A stretch of 64,000 bases of DNA, from positions 1,285 to 65,284 of the IMG/VR virus record IMGVR_UViG_3300046488_000208, one strand, 5' to 3'. Source of the stretch: a virus. Taxonomy: Duplodnaviria; Caudoviricetes. The translations under genes were made by a program, and so were the position numbers. The notes below the pieces were generated by a model, which saw only the letters and a program-made list of their open reading frames with translations, did not search any database and was not told the origin of the DNA. Below are positions 1-9,425 of the stretch, one piece after another (position 1 is the stretch's first letter; the number at the start of each line of letters is the position of its first letter).

Positions 1-1
1 T

Positions 2-484
2 ATGAAAGATGGCAGACCATATGAAATATTTACAGGTAAATTAGAAAATGGTTTAAGCAAATTACCACCACACGTGAAAGAATGTGAAGTAGTTAAAAAT
101 ATAATTGATGATATTGATGCAGAAAGCAAGCCAATCAAAATAAAAAGATATGATATTGAATATATTGATAGTGATGGCGAAAAACAAGTTCATACTGGAC
201 TAAATCAAGCATTTAATCCCGAATTTTGGAACTATGCTAAATTAATTTCGGGAATCATGAGACATGGAATGCCAGTAATTAAACAATATGAACTCATAGA
301 TTCTTTGAACTTTAAAGAAGACTATATTAATACTTGGAAAAATGGCGTAGCACGTACAATAAAAAGATATATTAAGGACGGTGAAAAGGGAAGAGGTAAA
401 TGCCCTGAATGTGGAAGTGAAAATCTTCAATTTATTGAAGGATGTCTTGTTTGTAAAGGTTGTGGAAGTTCAAAATGTGGATAA
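2..484 (+). CDS. nrdJ: Class II ribonucleotide reductase, C-terminal part (truncated by window)
   Basis: GRPYEIF..G motif, WKNGV.R.IK.YI.DG and terminal Zn ribbon CPECG..EGCLVCKGCGSSKCG as in Bacteroidota-type NrdJ. Confidence 0.8.
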   Translation: MKDGRPYEIFTGKLENGLSKLPPHVKECEVVKNIIDDIDAESKPIKIKRYDIEYIDSDGEKQVHTGLNQAFNPEFWNYAKLISGIMRHGMPVIKQYELIDSLNFKEDYINTWKNGVARTIKRYIKDGEKGRGKCPECGSENLQFIEGCLVCKGCGSSKCG

Positions 485-548
485 AAAATGTAAATATTTG
501 CATATTGTAAAATTTTATATATCTTTGTGATTCATTTAACTGTAACAT

Positions 549-3017
549 ATGAATAATTGGTTCGAAAGTAGAAATCTCAAGGTATTAGCATACCAAACAG
601 AAACAATAAACAAAGTCAAAGATAGTCTAAGCAGTCAGGAAATAACAGTACTGGCTGCTTGCCCATCTGCTGGTAAGACAATAATGGCAATCCATTGCAT
701 TGAGGATTTCTTGCAGAAGAATCCCAATTCAAAAGTAATTGTGTTGGCACACGGTACTACCATATTACGTACACAATTTCATGATGTCTTGGAAGAAATC
801 AAACCAGACTTCACATATAAGTTGGCTGATAATTTCAGTGAATATGATGAAAGCAAAGCCGTGAACGTCTGCTTACCGCAAACTCTAAATAGAAAATCTC
901 TCAAGAAGATTGACCTGCTTGTGGTTGACGAAGCACATCAGTTTTATTTTGGTGAAAAAATGGTAAAGGACATCATCAAGAAGACCAAACCCCGCAGACA
1001 ACTATTGCTTACAGGTACTCCTTCAATATTCATAAGAGAGAAACACCCGATTATACCCGTAACACTGAACACTATCTTTGACGAAGGTATGGTATCAGAT
1101 GTTTATGTTGAAATAGCCACGAGTAGTTACAACTTCGACATATACGATTACAACCAGAATGATGAACTAAAAGAAAGCATTCAATTTAAAGATTCTGAGA
1201 CTAAGAAAACACTTGATGACCTTATTGGTAAGATTGTTGAAAGACTCAAGAGCATCAGAGGTAATGAATACATGAATCTTTTACCCGAATGGTTGCCTAC
1301 CTTGAAACGTTTGCAGAAAACCATGATTGCTTGTAAATCTCAAAGGCAAGCCATACAAGTTAAGAATTATTTTGACAAAATTGGCGTTAAATCCGCACTG
1401 AGCATTTCAGACATTGACTATGACTCCACGGAAATTGAAAATTTCAAAGCAGACCCAGATTGTCTCATACTTATTGTCGTGGGTAGAGGTATACTTGGAT
1501 TTAACTATCCAGAACTCGTTAATGTGGTCGATATGACAACATCTATGAATGTTGACAGAGTATATCAACTCTTTTGTAGAGTCGTTAGAAAGCATCCAAA
1601 TGGCTTACAGAAGTTATTCTTCAAGGTTGCCCCGAACACCCTCAGTGATTATTACAAGTACGTTATGACGGGTGTTTTGGCATTATCTGACGAATATTAC
1701 TTCACGCATTTTAACGGGAAGAACTTTAATGACATGCAAATACCCGTAAGACCACATGTCAACGGTAATAATGGCGGTGGTAATAATACGAATGACATCA
1801 CTGCTGTCCCGAACAGAAAGAAATCAGTCAAGAGATTATCGCCAATAGACTTTTCGGCACTACCAGTCTTCGAACTTTTCAAAGACATATATCATAAGAA
1901 AGATTCTTTACTTCATACGTATGCATTTACGACAATTAGGGATGTTCGGGCAGAGTTTCTAAAAGCAATGCCAAGCGGATTTTGGAACAGACAAAGATGC
2001 GTTGATAGTGCTTCAAGATATCAAAGACCTATTGATTGGGAAAAAAATGAACGTGGTGCATGCCGTGCTGCACAAGCAAATGGTTGGTATGATGAATGCA
2101 TACAACATATGGAGAAATTATTTAGATGGACAAAGGAATTATGTATTGATAGTGCTTCGAGATATCAAAGACCTGTTGATTGGAATAATAATGCTGCTGG
2201 TGCACATAATGCTGCCAAAAGAGAAGGTTGGTACGATGAATGTGTCAAACATATGACAATAAAATCACAAAAGCCGTCTGGATATTGGACTAAAGAAAAA
2301 TGTATTGAAAATGCATTGGGATATTCAGAACATTCGGAATGGCAAAAAAATGAACAAAGTGTATATAATGCGGCATTTCTAAATGGTTGGCTTGATGAAA
2401 TTACCTCACACATGAAAAAAAGAAACTCATGGACAAAAGAAAGTTGTATTGAAAATGCTAAAAAATATCAAACTATAAATGAGTGGCGAATAAATGAGGG
2501 TGGTGCATATACTGCTGCTAAAAGAGAAGGCTGGTACGATGAATGTGTTAAACATATGAAAATGGTTCTTAATTCATGGACAAAGGAATTATGTATTGAA
2601 AGTGCTAAGAAATTTCAAACAATAAATGAATGGATAAAAGGTGGTAGTGGTGCATGTAATGCAGCAAAAAGAAATAATTGGTTTGAAGAATGCACTCTTC
2701 ATATGAACAAAAAGAATTTATGGACAAAGGAGAAATGTATTAAAAGCGCAATGAAATTTAAAACAATCAAAGAATGGCAGAATAATGAAGGCAGTGCAGT
2801 TAATGCTGCTCGTAAGCATAGTTGGTTAGAGGAATGTACTGCTCACATGATAAAACAAAAACCATTAAGTTATTGGAATATTAGAGAAAATTGTGCTGTT
2901 GATGCAATGAAATATAAAACTAAAACTGAATGGCACAATAAAAATCATAATGCATATAGAACAGCAAAAAAGAATGGTTGGTTTGAAGAATGTACAGCAC
3001 ATATGATAAGGAAATAA
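549..3017 (+). CDS. SF2 DEAH-box helicase with about 7 C-terminal W(T/N)KE.C...GW.(D/E)EC..HM repeats
   Basis: AACPSAGKT, LVVDEAH, LTGTP, helicase C domain; about 50-aa repeats from aa ~478. Confidence 0.8.
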   Translation: MNNWFESRNLKVLAYQTETINKVKDSLSSQEITVLAACPSAGKTIMAIHCIEDFLQKNPNSKVIVLAHGTTILRTQFHDVLEEIKPDFTYKLADNFSEYDESKAVNVCLPQTLNRKSLKKIDLLVVDEAHQFYFGEKMVKDIIKKTKPRRQLLLTGTPSIFIREKHPIIPVTLNTIFDEGMVSDVYVEIATSSYNFDIYDYNQNDELKESIQFKDSETKKTLDDLIGKIVERLKSIRGNEYMNLLPEWLPTLKRLQKTMIACKSQRQAIQVKNYFDKIGVKSALSISDIDYDSTEIENFKADPDCLILIVVGRGILGFNYPELVNVVDMTTSMNVDRVYQLFCRVVRKHPNGLQKLFFKVAPNTLSDYYKYVMTGVLALSDEYYFTHFNGKNFNDMQIPVRPHVNGNNGGGNNTNDITAVPNRKKSVKRLSPIDFSALPVFELFKDIYHKKDSLLHTYAFTTIRDVRAEFLKAMPSGFWNRQRCVDSASRYQRPIDWEKNERGACRAAQANGWYDECIQHMEKLFRWTKELCIDSASRYQRPVDWNNNAAGAHNAAKREGWYDECVKHMTIKSQKPSGYWTKEKCIENALGYSEHSEWQKNEQSVYNAAFLNGWLDEITSHMKKRNSWTKESCIENAKKYQTINEWRINEGGAYTAAKREGWYDECVKHMKMVLNSWTKELCIESAKKFQTINEWIKGGSGACNAAKRNNWFEECTLHMNKKNLWTKEKCIKSAMKFKTIKEWQNNEGSAVNAARKHSWLEECTAHMIKQKPLSYWNIRENCAVDAMKYKTKTEWHNKNHNAYRTAKKNGWFEECTAHMIRK

Positions 3018-3038
3018 TTTTAATTTAATATTACTAAT

Positions 3039-3194
3039 ATGGAAAACGAAAAATTTGAACAACGAAATTATGTGAAACCTGCTTGGCAACCAACAGAAGA
3101 ACAATTGGGTCAAGAGAAGCAAATAATACCAAACGAACCAACACCCGAACCAGTTACAACACAACCGGAGAGCACAACTGAAAATGAAAAATGA
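3039..3194 (+). CDS. Small hypothetical protein (51 aa)
   Basis: Hand-translated MENEKFEQRNYVKPAWQ...; stop overlaps next ATG. Confidence 0.45.
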   Translation: MENEKFEQRNYVKPAWQPTEEQLGQEKQIIPNEPTPEPVTTQPESTTENEK

Positions 3195-3355
3195 GCAAGA
3201 ACCGAGCAAAGATAACCATAGCCGTTGACCAGAAAATTGACGAAGAACTTGAGAAATCCAATTACAATAAATCCAAGTTAATCAACTCATTGTTAGATAA
3301 ATGGCTAAAATCTGACAAAAAAGACGTAAAAAAGTTCATAAAAAAGTGCGACTAA
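3191..3355 (+). CDS. Small ribbon-helix-helix-like protein
   Basis: MSKNRAKITIAVDQKIDEELEKSNYNKSKLINSLL; paralogous to next ORF (NKSKLIN). Confidence 0.55.
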   Translation: MSKNRAKITIAVDQKIDEELEKSNYNKSKLINSLLDKWLKSDKKDVKKFIKKCD

Positions 3356-3401
3356 TCCTACTTTTTGAGTTTTATTGAGTATTTATGATAAAGTAAATAT
3401 C

Positions 3402-3566
3402 ATGGCAAGAAAACAAATGAAACCCGAAGAGAAGAAAAGGAAATTCTCAATCACCATTCGCCCCGAAATCAACGAGAGGCTTGAAGAACTCAGAATAAAT
3501 AAGTCCAAACTCATAAATTGGCTTCTGCAAGAACATTTCAATCATATGAATAATGGGAAAATATAG
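3402..3566 (+). CDS. Ribbon-helix-helix-like protein
   Basis: KRKFSITIRPEINERLEELRINKSKLINWLL; ATG follows a GTATTTAT motif. Confidence 0.6.
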   Translation: MARKQMKPEEKKRKFSITIRPEINERLEELRINKSKLINWLLQEHFNHMNNGKI

Positions 3567-4635
3567 ATATTGGTCTAAGGAAAATTGTACTGCAGAAGCA
3601 TTCAAATATATGTCCAGAGTTGAGTTTCAGAAAAAATCTAATAGTGGATATATAACTGCACAGAAGAATGGGTGGTTAAAGGAGATATGCCAACACATGG
3701 TAAGACCGACACAATATAATAAAATTTGGTTTAAAGAAGCATGTAAACATGAGGCACTTAAATATAATACCAGAACTATGTTCAATCAAAGTTCTATGGG
3801 TGCATATCTTTCCGCAAAAAGAAATGGTTGGCTTAATGAAATTTGTCAACACATGACCGTTTTGAGAATTAAATGGAGTAAAGAACTCTGTAAAAATGAG
3901 GCATTGAAATATAATTCGAGAAGTGAGTTTGCTCGAAAATGTGGTGGCGGACACGCATTCGCCACTAAAAACAAATTTCTTGATGAAATATGCCAACATA
4001 TGGCAACCATTGGAAGTTTAAAGAAAAGATGTACATATGCTGCTGAATTCGATGATGGTTTTGTTTATATCGGATTAACGTACAATTTCAATAAAAGAAC
4101 TGCCAGACATTTGGTAGACAATAAATCACAAATTTACAAGCATATTCAAGTCTGTAGTCATAAACCAATATTTAAACAACTAACTAAATATATTAATATT
4201 GAAAAAGCAAAACAAAATGAACAATATTATGTAGATAATTATTATAAAAATGGCTGGCAAGTATTGAATATTGCAAAAACTGGTGCAATTGGCGGTTGTC
4301 AAGTAAAATGGACAAAAGAAACATGTCAACAAGAAGCATTAAAATATAAGACTAAATCCGAATTTCAAAAAAAATCTTGCGGTGCACATACAGCAGCATA
4401 TCGTAATGATTGGCTTAACGAAATTTGTTTACATATGACAAATGGGAGAAAGGAAAATGGATATTGGACAAAGGAAATGTGTCAACAAGAAGCATTAAAA
4501 TATAAAACAAGAAAAGAATTTCAAATGAAATCAAGTACTTCATATAGAATTACACGTGAAAGTGGATGGTTAGATGAAATTTGCAAACATATGCCTAAAA
4601 ATATGAAAAATTGTTTGAATATATTTGTTTATTAA
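3553..4635 (+). CDS. Putative GIY-YIG-like homing endonuclease with 5 WTKE.C..EALKY repeats
   Basis: CTYAAEF...VYIGLTYNFNKR..RH...E...N core flanked by repeats. Confidence 0.65.
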   Translation: MGKYRYWSKENCTAEAFKYMSRVEFQKKSNSGYITAQKNGWLKEICQHMVRPTQYNKIWFKEACKHEALKYNTRTMFNQSSMGAYLSAKRNGWLNEICQHMTVLRIKWSKELCKNEALKYNSRSEFARKCGGGHAFATKNKFLDEICQHMATIGSLKKRCTYAAEFDDGFVYIGLTYNFNKRTARHLVDNKSQIYKHIQVCSHKPIFKQLTKYINIEKAKQNEQYYVDNYYKNGWQVLNIAKTGAIGGCQVKWTKETCQQEALKYKTKSEFQKKSCGAHTAAYRNDWLNEICLHMTNGRKENGYWTKEMCQQEALKYKTRKEFQMKSSTSYRITRESGWLDEICKHMPKNMKNCLNIFVY

Positions 4636-4680
4636 TATTAATTTAATATATTTGCGGTAAATTAATTTAAAATCATAATT

Positions 4681-6939
4681 ATGAAGAAGTATGTAAAATT
4701 TGATGAAGACTTTAATCTCATAACTCAAGAGATTAATTCCAACACAACTACGGAAGTGGCAAAAAGTATTAATCATTTGATTATTATTGATGTTAGTGGT
4801 TCTATGTCTCATGACCTTCCCGAAATTAGAAAAAATTTAAAAAATAAAATTTCTAATTTAATTAAGGGTGAGGAAGACACAATATCAATTATTTGGTTTT
4901 CGGGTAGAAATGATGCTGGCATTCTGAAAGAGGAAGTTCACGTAAATTCATTAAAACAACTTAATGATTTAAATAATGCCATCGATAAATTTTTAATGCC
5001 AATTGGTTTAACGGCATTTACTAAACCATTAGAACTTGCCAATGATGTAATTGAACGTATCAATAAAAATAATTCAAAGGGATTATTTTCTTTAATTTTT
5101 ATGACAGATGGTTGCTCTAATGATGATGTGTCTTGGAATAGCGTTATAAATGCCGTAAAACAAATATCACCAAAATTATCTGCTTCTCTTGTAGTGGAAT
5201 ATGGATTTTATTGTGACACAAAAAAACTTACACAAATAAGTGAACTTCTTGGGGCAGAAAAAATTGATTGTTCTGGATTTGAAGAATATGACGTTGTAAT
5301 TGCTAAAGGATTTACAAAAAAACTCGGTGGTAGTAAAAAAATCATTGTAGATATTATAGATAATTATCTATATGATTTTGCGTTTTCAATTGATTCTGAC
5401 GGTAGTGTGTTGGTATATAATATTGATAACAACAAAGTAACTGTCAACAATGATGTAAAAGAATTATATTTTTTCTCAACCAAAGAAATTGGTGAAAAAG
5501 CATCAATTACTGATACTGCATTATATGCTGCAATTTATTTACTTTCTGAACGTTTTATGCCTGAAATGGCTGAGAGAGTATTCTATGCTCTGGGCGACAA
5601 TCATTATTACAAAATGCTTGCAAATGCATTTGGTAAACAGAAATTGAACGCATTTAAAACTGCAATCAAAGACTGCGTTGCTGATGCTGCAAAACGTTTT
5701 GTTGATGGAAGGGGTGCTATTCAGAAGGTTGATGACAATGCGTATTGCTTGATGAACTTAATTGAAGAGTTAGGCAATATCGATGGTTGTCTTTTTTATC
5801 CTAATCATCCTGATTTTGTTTACAACAGGATTGGTAGGAAACGTGTTGCAAGGGGCGAAAATCTTAGCGAAGCCGACAAGAAGAGATTATCTGAGGCTAA
5901 AAACGTGGAAGAACTCAACAAAATCACAGAAGAATTGAAGCAGAAGAACGTTGAGGTTAAATTCACCAACACCAATCCAGACAGAGGTTATTCAATGACT
6001 GATTTGGTATGGAATGAAAAACGTGCAAATCTCAGTATTCGTATTCGTATTGAAGGAAAAGCAATACTTCCTGAAAACAAGTTCAAAATCAATGAAGTTG
6101 CTACTTACAAGTACAATACCTTTACTCTTATAAAGGACGGTATTGTTAACGTTGAAAAACTTCCAGTAAGTTATTCAAGCAAACTTGTTGATTTATTGAC
6201 AACGAATTCCGTACCATTTGCAGTAATAAGTGCAGGTGCAGATTTTTCAGCTATAATTGTTGTCGACCTTAATTCTCTGCCTATTATAAACAGAGGTATG
6301 GTTCGTTCACTTTCTGCAAAAGATTTGGCTGTACAGGAATGGGAACTTCTGAAAACCCAGGCAGACAAGAAGGTTTACGATTATTACAGGAAGTCATTAT
6401 TCCCGAAAGAAAGTAAATCATTTGTTGAATTGCTCGGACAGGAAGCTGCAGATTGGCTGAAAACAATCGGTATTACCGACTATAACGGCTTTGCTCCTTT
6501 AACTGATGCCGAAGAATCAACAGACTTCTACATGTCAGTGAATCTTGAAACTAAAATAAAGAGTCTTAGCAGCTTGCCAAAAGTTGAAGACGTTGTTGCC
6601 AAAATAAAAAGCGGTGCAAGTCTGAAACTCAGCGAGTACGTCATGGTAGATGCAATTAAAAAATATCTTGCTGTAACAGAGTCTGAATTGTACAAAACTC
6701 TTTCAGAAGCACAACAGAAAGAAATGCTGAAAACCTATCTGATTACTAAATCCAACGAACTGAATAAAGTAAGAAGGAAAGCATTGCAAGAAATTGCTCA
6801 GATTAAATTCGCTTTGATATTGAGCAAAAAATGGTTCAAGGAATTCAAAACATTCGATGAAAACTCTCTCGAATTAACCCTTGACAAACAACTTCTTAAC
6901 TTTACTTTCGATTTATCAGAAAAAGAAGTTAAAATCTAA
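4681..6939 (+). CDS. vWA domain-containing protein
   Basis: MIDAS motif IIDVSGSMS, LTAF, FMTDG. Confidence 0.75.
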   Translation: MKKYVKFDEDFNLITQEINSNTTTEVAKSINHLIIIDVSGSMSHDLPEIRKNLKNKISNLIKGEEDTISIIWFSGRNDAGILKEEVHVNSLKQLNDLNNAIDKFLMPIGLTAFTKPLELANDVIERINKNNSKGLFSLIFMTDGCSNDDVSWNSVINAVKQISPKLSASLVVEYGFYCDTKKLTQISELLGAEKIDCSGFEEYDVVIAKGFTKKLGGSKKIIVDIIDNYLYDFAFSIDSDGSVLVYNIDNNKVTVNNDVKELYFFSTKEIGEKASITDTALYAAIYLLSERFMPEMAERVFYALGDNHYYKMLANAFGKQKLNAFKTAIKDCVADAAKRFVDGRGAIQKVDDNAYCLMNLIEELGNIDGCLFYPNHPDFVYNRIGRKRVARGENLSEADKKRLSEAKNVEELNKITEELKQKNVEVKFTNTNPDRGYSMTDLVWNEKRANLSIRIRIEGKAILPENKFKINEVATYKYNTFTLIKDGIVNVEKLPVSYSSKLVDLLTTNSVPFAVISAGADFSAIIVVDLNSLPIINRGMVRSLSAKDLAVQEWELLKTQADKKVYDYYRKSLFPKESKSFVELLGQEAADWLKTIGITDYNGFAPLTDAEESTDFYMSVNLETKIKSLSSLPKVEDVVAKIKSGASLKLSEYVMVDAIKKYLAVTESELYKTLSEAQQKEMLKTYLITKSNELNKVRRKALQEIAQIKFALILSKKWFKEFKTFDENSLELTLDKQLLNFTFDLSEKEVKI

Positions 6940-6960
6940 AATTCAGATACTCAAATATTT

Positions 6961-6992
6961 AAGAACCTCAGAAAATTTTCTGAGGTTTTTTT
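6961..6992 (+). terminator. Intrinsic terminator after vWA gene
   Basis: aacctcagaaa/tttctgaggtt hairpin followed by T run. Confidence 0.7.
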
Positions 6993-7013
6993 ATGAAAAT
7001 AATTGAAAAAATG

Positions 7014-7044
7014 TTTGGTGGTATTGAAACTTTATTTAACTTTG
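7014..7044 (+). promoter_or_regulatory. Bacteroidota sigma70-type promoter (-33 TTTG / -7 TAACTTTG) for the tRNA operon leader
   Basis: Matches TAnnTTTG; similar elements before ORFs 549, 4681, 35182, 39962, 53639. Confidence 0.55.
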
Positions 7045-7084
7045 CCAAGTATTTAATAGAAAACGAACTTATAATAAATAAACA

Positions 7085-7216
7085 ATGAAAACGTACAGGC
7101 ACATATCAGCCATTATAACATCGACCTCAAGTCGCAACGGAATTTCTATATTCTGTTCAGACTTTACAGGCAGAAATAATGGAGATGATGGGGGTTCTGG
7201 TTTTCTTATGAGATAA
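7085..7216 (+). CDS. Putative attenuator leader peptide (43 aa) of the tRNA array
   Basis: MKTYRHISAIITSTSSRNGISIFCSDFTGRNNGDDGGSGFLMR*; followed by alternative antiterminator/terminator. Confidence 0.7.
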   Translation: MKTYRHISAIITSTSSRNGISIFCSDFTGRNNGDDGGSGFLMR

Positions 7217-7272
7217 AACTGAAAAGTTTTTAATAAACCAAGAACCCGATTCGCAAGATTCGGGTTTTTTTA
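7192..7272 (+). promoter_or_regulatory. Attenuator: antiterminator (7192-7203 with 7235-7247) versus terminator (7243-7272)
   Basis: gggttctggttt pairs aaaccaagaaccc (12 bp, one bulge); mutually exclusive aacccga..GCAA..tcgggtt plus T tract. Confidence 0.7.
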
Positions 7273-7369
7273 TTCTTTAAAATATAAGTCTTACGGCTTA
7301 TAATCACAACATATAAGGTTTGCACCTTATATAACTCCGTAAGAAGGTCTTTGACATGTTGGAAATTTT

Positions 7370-7440
7370 GCCACCCTGTCCGATTGGTCAGGTATCTGTC
7401 TGCAAAACAGATTAGAAGCGTTCGATTCGCTTGGGTGGCT
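7370..7440 (+). tRNA. tRNA-Cys(GCA)
   Basis: gccaccc/gggtggc acceptor, tctgt-ctGCAaa-acaga, TTCGATT. Confidence 0.9.
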
Positions 7441-7498
7441 CGAAGGTTCAAGTCCTATTTTTTACTCGTTTTTAAAGTATTTATATAAAAATAAAAAA

Positions 7499-8293
7499 AT
7501 GAAATGGAATAATGAATTAGATAATAAATTAAAAAGTTTAATAAACTTAAATAAAGACTATAATGAAATAGCTAAAGAATTTAATGTATCATATAGAACA
7601 CTTACCAATAGAGCATTTAGATTGGGACTTAAAGTTTTAAAACAACACCATGAAATTATTTTATGTAAAAATTGTGGTAAATCCATTAATAAAACATTAA
7701 GTAATGAAAAAAAGTTTTGTAATCAAAGTTGTTCAGCACAATATAATAATAAAAGAAGAAAACATAGTGAAGAAACAAAAAATAAAATTAGACATACAAT
7801 TAAAAGTAAATTTCCCACTAAAATGAAAGAAAATAAAATTGTGAGAAATAAAAAATTAAGAGAAAACAGACCATTAATTTCAATTAGAAAATGTAGATTT
7901 TGTGGTAATGATAAACCAATCTTAAAACATAAAATAATCTGTAGCGATTGTGGTTTTATGTATTATAAGTTTTATCGCCCACTATGTGAGTTTAATATTA
8001 ACGTTAATGATTATCCCGATGAATTTAATTTATCTCTTGTAAAAAAATTGGGATGGTATAGTCCAAGTAATAAAGGTAATAATTTAAATGGTGTTAGTAA
8101 AGACCACATCTATTCAGTATATGATGGATTTAAAAATAATGTTGATTTCAATATATTAAAACATCCTGCAAATTGTAAATTAGTTCAACATATTGATAAT
8201 AATAAAAAGAAATGTCAAAGTTTAATTACATTAGACAAACTTCTATTGAAAATTAAAAAGTGGAATGAAAAATATGTTTCGGTAGTGCAATAA
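7499..8293 (+). CDS. Putative HNH-like homing endonuclease with Cys-rich/NUMOD3-like N-terminus
   Basis: CKNC..FCNQSC, HSEETKNKI, SKDHIYSV..HPANC; stop lies inside tRNA-Asn. Confidence 0.65.
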   Translation: MKWNNELDNKLKSLINLNKDYNEIAKEFNVSYRTLTNRAFRLGLKVLKQHHEIILCKNCGKSINKTLSNEKKFCNQSCSAQYNNKRRKHSEETKNKIRHTIKSKFPTKMKENKIVRNKKLRENRPLISIRKCRFCGNDKPILKHKIICSDCGFMYYKFYRPLCEFNINVNDYPDEFNLSLVKKLGWYSPSNKGNNLNGVSKDHIYSVYDGFKNNVDFNILKHPANCKLVQHIDNNKKKCQSLITLDKLLLKIKKWNEKYVSVVQ

Positions 8294-8351
8294 TGGTTAA
8301 AACGGCTGTCCGTTAAACAGCGAGATGTAAGTTCGACTCTTACCCGAAACG
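8276..8351 (+). tRNA. tRNA-Asn(GTT), C33
   Basis: gtttcgg/ccgaaac, gctgt-ccGTTaa-acagc. Confidence 0.8.
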
Positions 8352-8479
8352 CAATAATGTAAAATATGCTTTACAAAAACCCACCAAAATGTAAAATGTA
8401 TTTAACGTTATAATGTATGAAATAACCATCATTAAGTCCAAAAAAGGGGGTTAATGCATGATAAAACATACATTAACAC

Positions 8480-8553
8480 TGTCTCGTAGCTCAGTTGGTA
8501 AGAGCACTTCTCTGATAAGGAAGGGGTCGGGGGTCCAAGTCCCTTCGAGACAA
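8480..8553 (+). tRNA. tRNA-Ile(GAT)
   Basis: tgtctcg/cgagaca, cttct-ctGATaa-ggaag. Confidence 0.85.
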
Positions 8554-8616
8554 CACAGACAGACAGTTAGAATTTCATAGCACCCTTTTTTGGTGGGATA
8601 TCATAGAAATTCAAAT

Positions 8617-8700
8617 GGAGAAATGGGTGAGTGGCTATAAACCATCAGTCCTGAAAACTGACAAGGGCAACCTTCGGGGGTTCGAATCCCTCTTTCTCCG
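8617..8700 (+). tRNA. tRNA-Ser(TGA), C33
   Basis: ggagaaa/tttctcc G73, tcagt-ccTGAaa-actga, long variable arm. Confidence 0.9.
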
Positions 8701-8770
8701 CAAAGCATTTGGTGTTAAGTACCCATCAACATTTGGCTTATAATTATCTAAGGGTTAAAAGGGTATATTT

Positions 8771-8857
8771 GGAGAATTGACAGAGTGGTTATTGTAACAG
8801 TCTGCTAAACTGTGGGCGGGGAAACCTGCTCCGTAGGTTCGAATCCTACATTCTCCG
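8771..8857 (+). tRNA. tRNA-Ser(GCT)
   Basis: ggagaat/attctcc, ctGCTaa loop, long variable arm. Confidence 0.9.
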
Positions 8858-8932
8858 CAAAATTAATTGAAATGGAATAAATCAGTTAATTCATGCATCA
8901 AAATGATTTTCATGGAGTCATTTAGGTGTAAA

Positions 8933-9085
8933 AGTTCTGGGTTGCATAAGAAGCTGCCCTAATGTTCAGTAGGAAGTTCTGTACTCGCATTTGGCAATGT
9001 GAATAGTACATTATAGACTCCGAGACATATTAAAGATAGTTGCAATGCTGTCGGGAAACGTAAGTATAAGGCTTACACCAGAACT
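8933..9085 (+). ncRNA. Unidentified structured RNA (~150 nt) in tRNA array
   Basis: Ends pair (agttctgg/ccagaact); internal hairpins; no ORF. Confidence 0.4.
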
Positions 9086-9089
9086 AAAC

Positions 9090-9161
9090 GGATTGGTAAC
9101 TCAGTGGTAGAGTGTCTGTCTGAAGAGCAGAAAGTCGGGGGTTCAAATCCCTCCCATTCCA
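9090..9161 (+). tRNA. tRNA-Phe(GAA)
   Basis: tctgt-ctGAAga-gcaga, TTCAAAT; one acceptor mismatch. Confidence 0.85.
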
Positions 9162-9264
9162 CGCAAAAAGTTCGTACTATACAAAGTGGAAGTACAAAAT
9201 TTTATAGGTCGGGTTGCAGGTGGCGCAATTCGGGTAACTTCCTCACAAGGAATCCTGTAAATAT

Positions 9265-9337
9265 GGAGATTTAGCAGAGATGGTCTATGCGTGTGCCTGA
9301 AGAGCATGAGAAACGGGTTCGAGTCCAGTAATCTCCA
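9265..9337 (+). tRNA. tRNA-Phe(GAA), second divergent copy
   Basis: ggagatt/aatctcc, tgtgc-ctGAAga-gcatg. Confidence 0.85.
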
Positions 9338-9425
9338 CAACTACATTCTAAACAGGGTGTTCACCCTATGGGTCGCCAGATTGAAAATGACCCCATGTGA
9401 GAGCATGTAAAAATCTGGCAAAAAC

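Noticed and set aside
8353-8478. AT-rich imperfect palindromes and short tandem repeats (also 7283-7332, 22152-22187, 25018-25097, 34898-34923, 52518-52580)
   Set aside because: They are short, low-complexity and mutually dissimilar, so they cannot be distinguished from local slippage.
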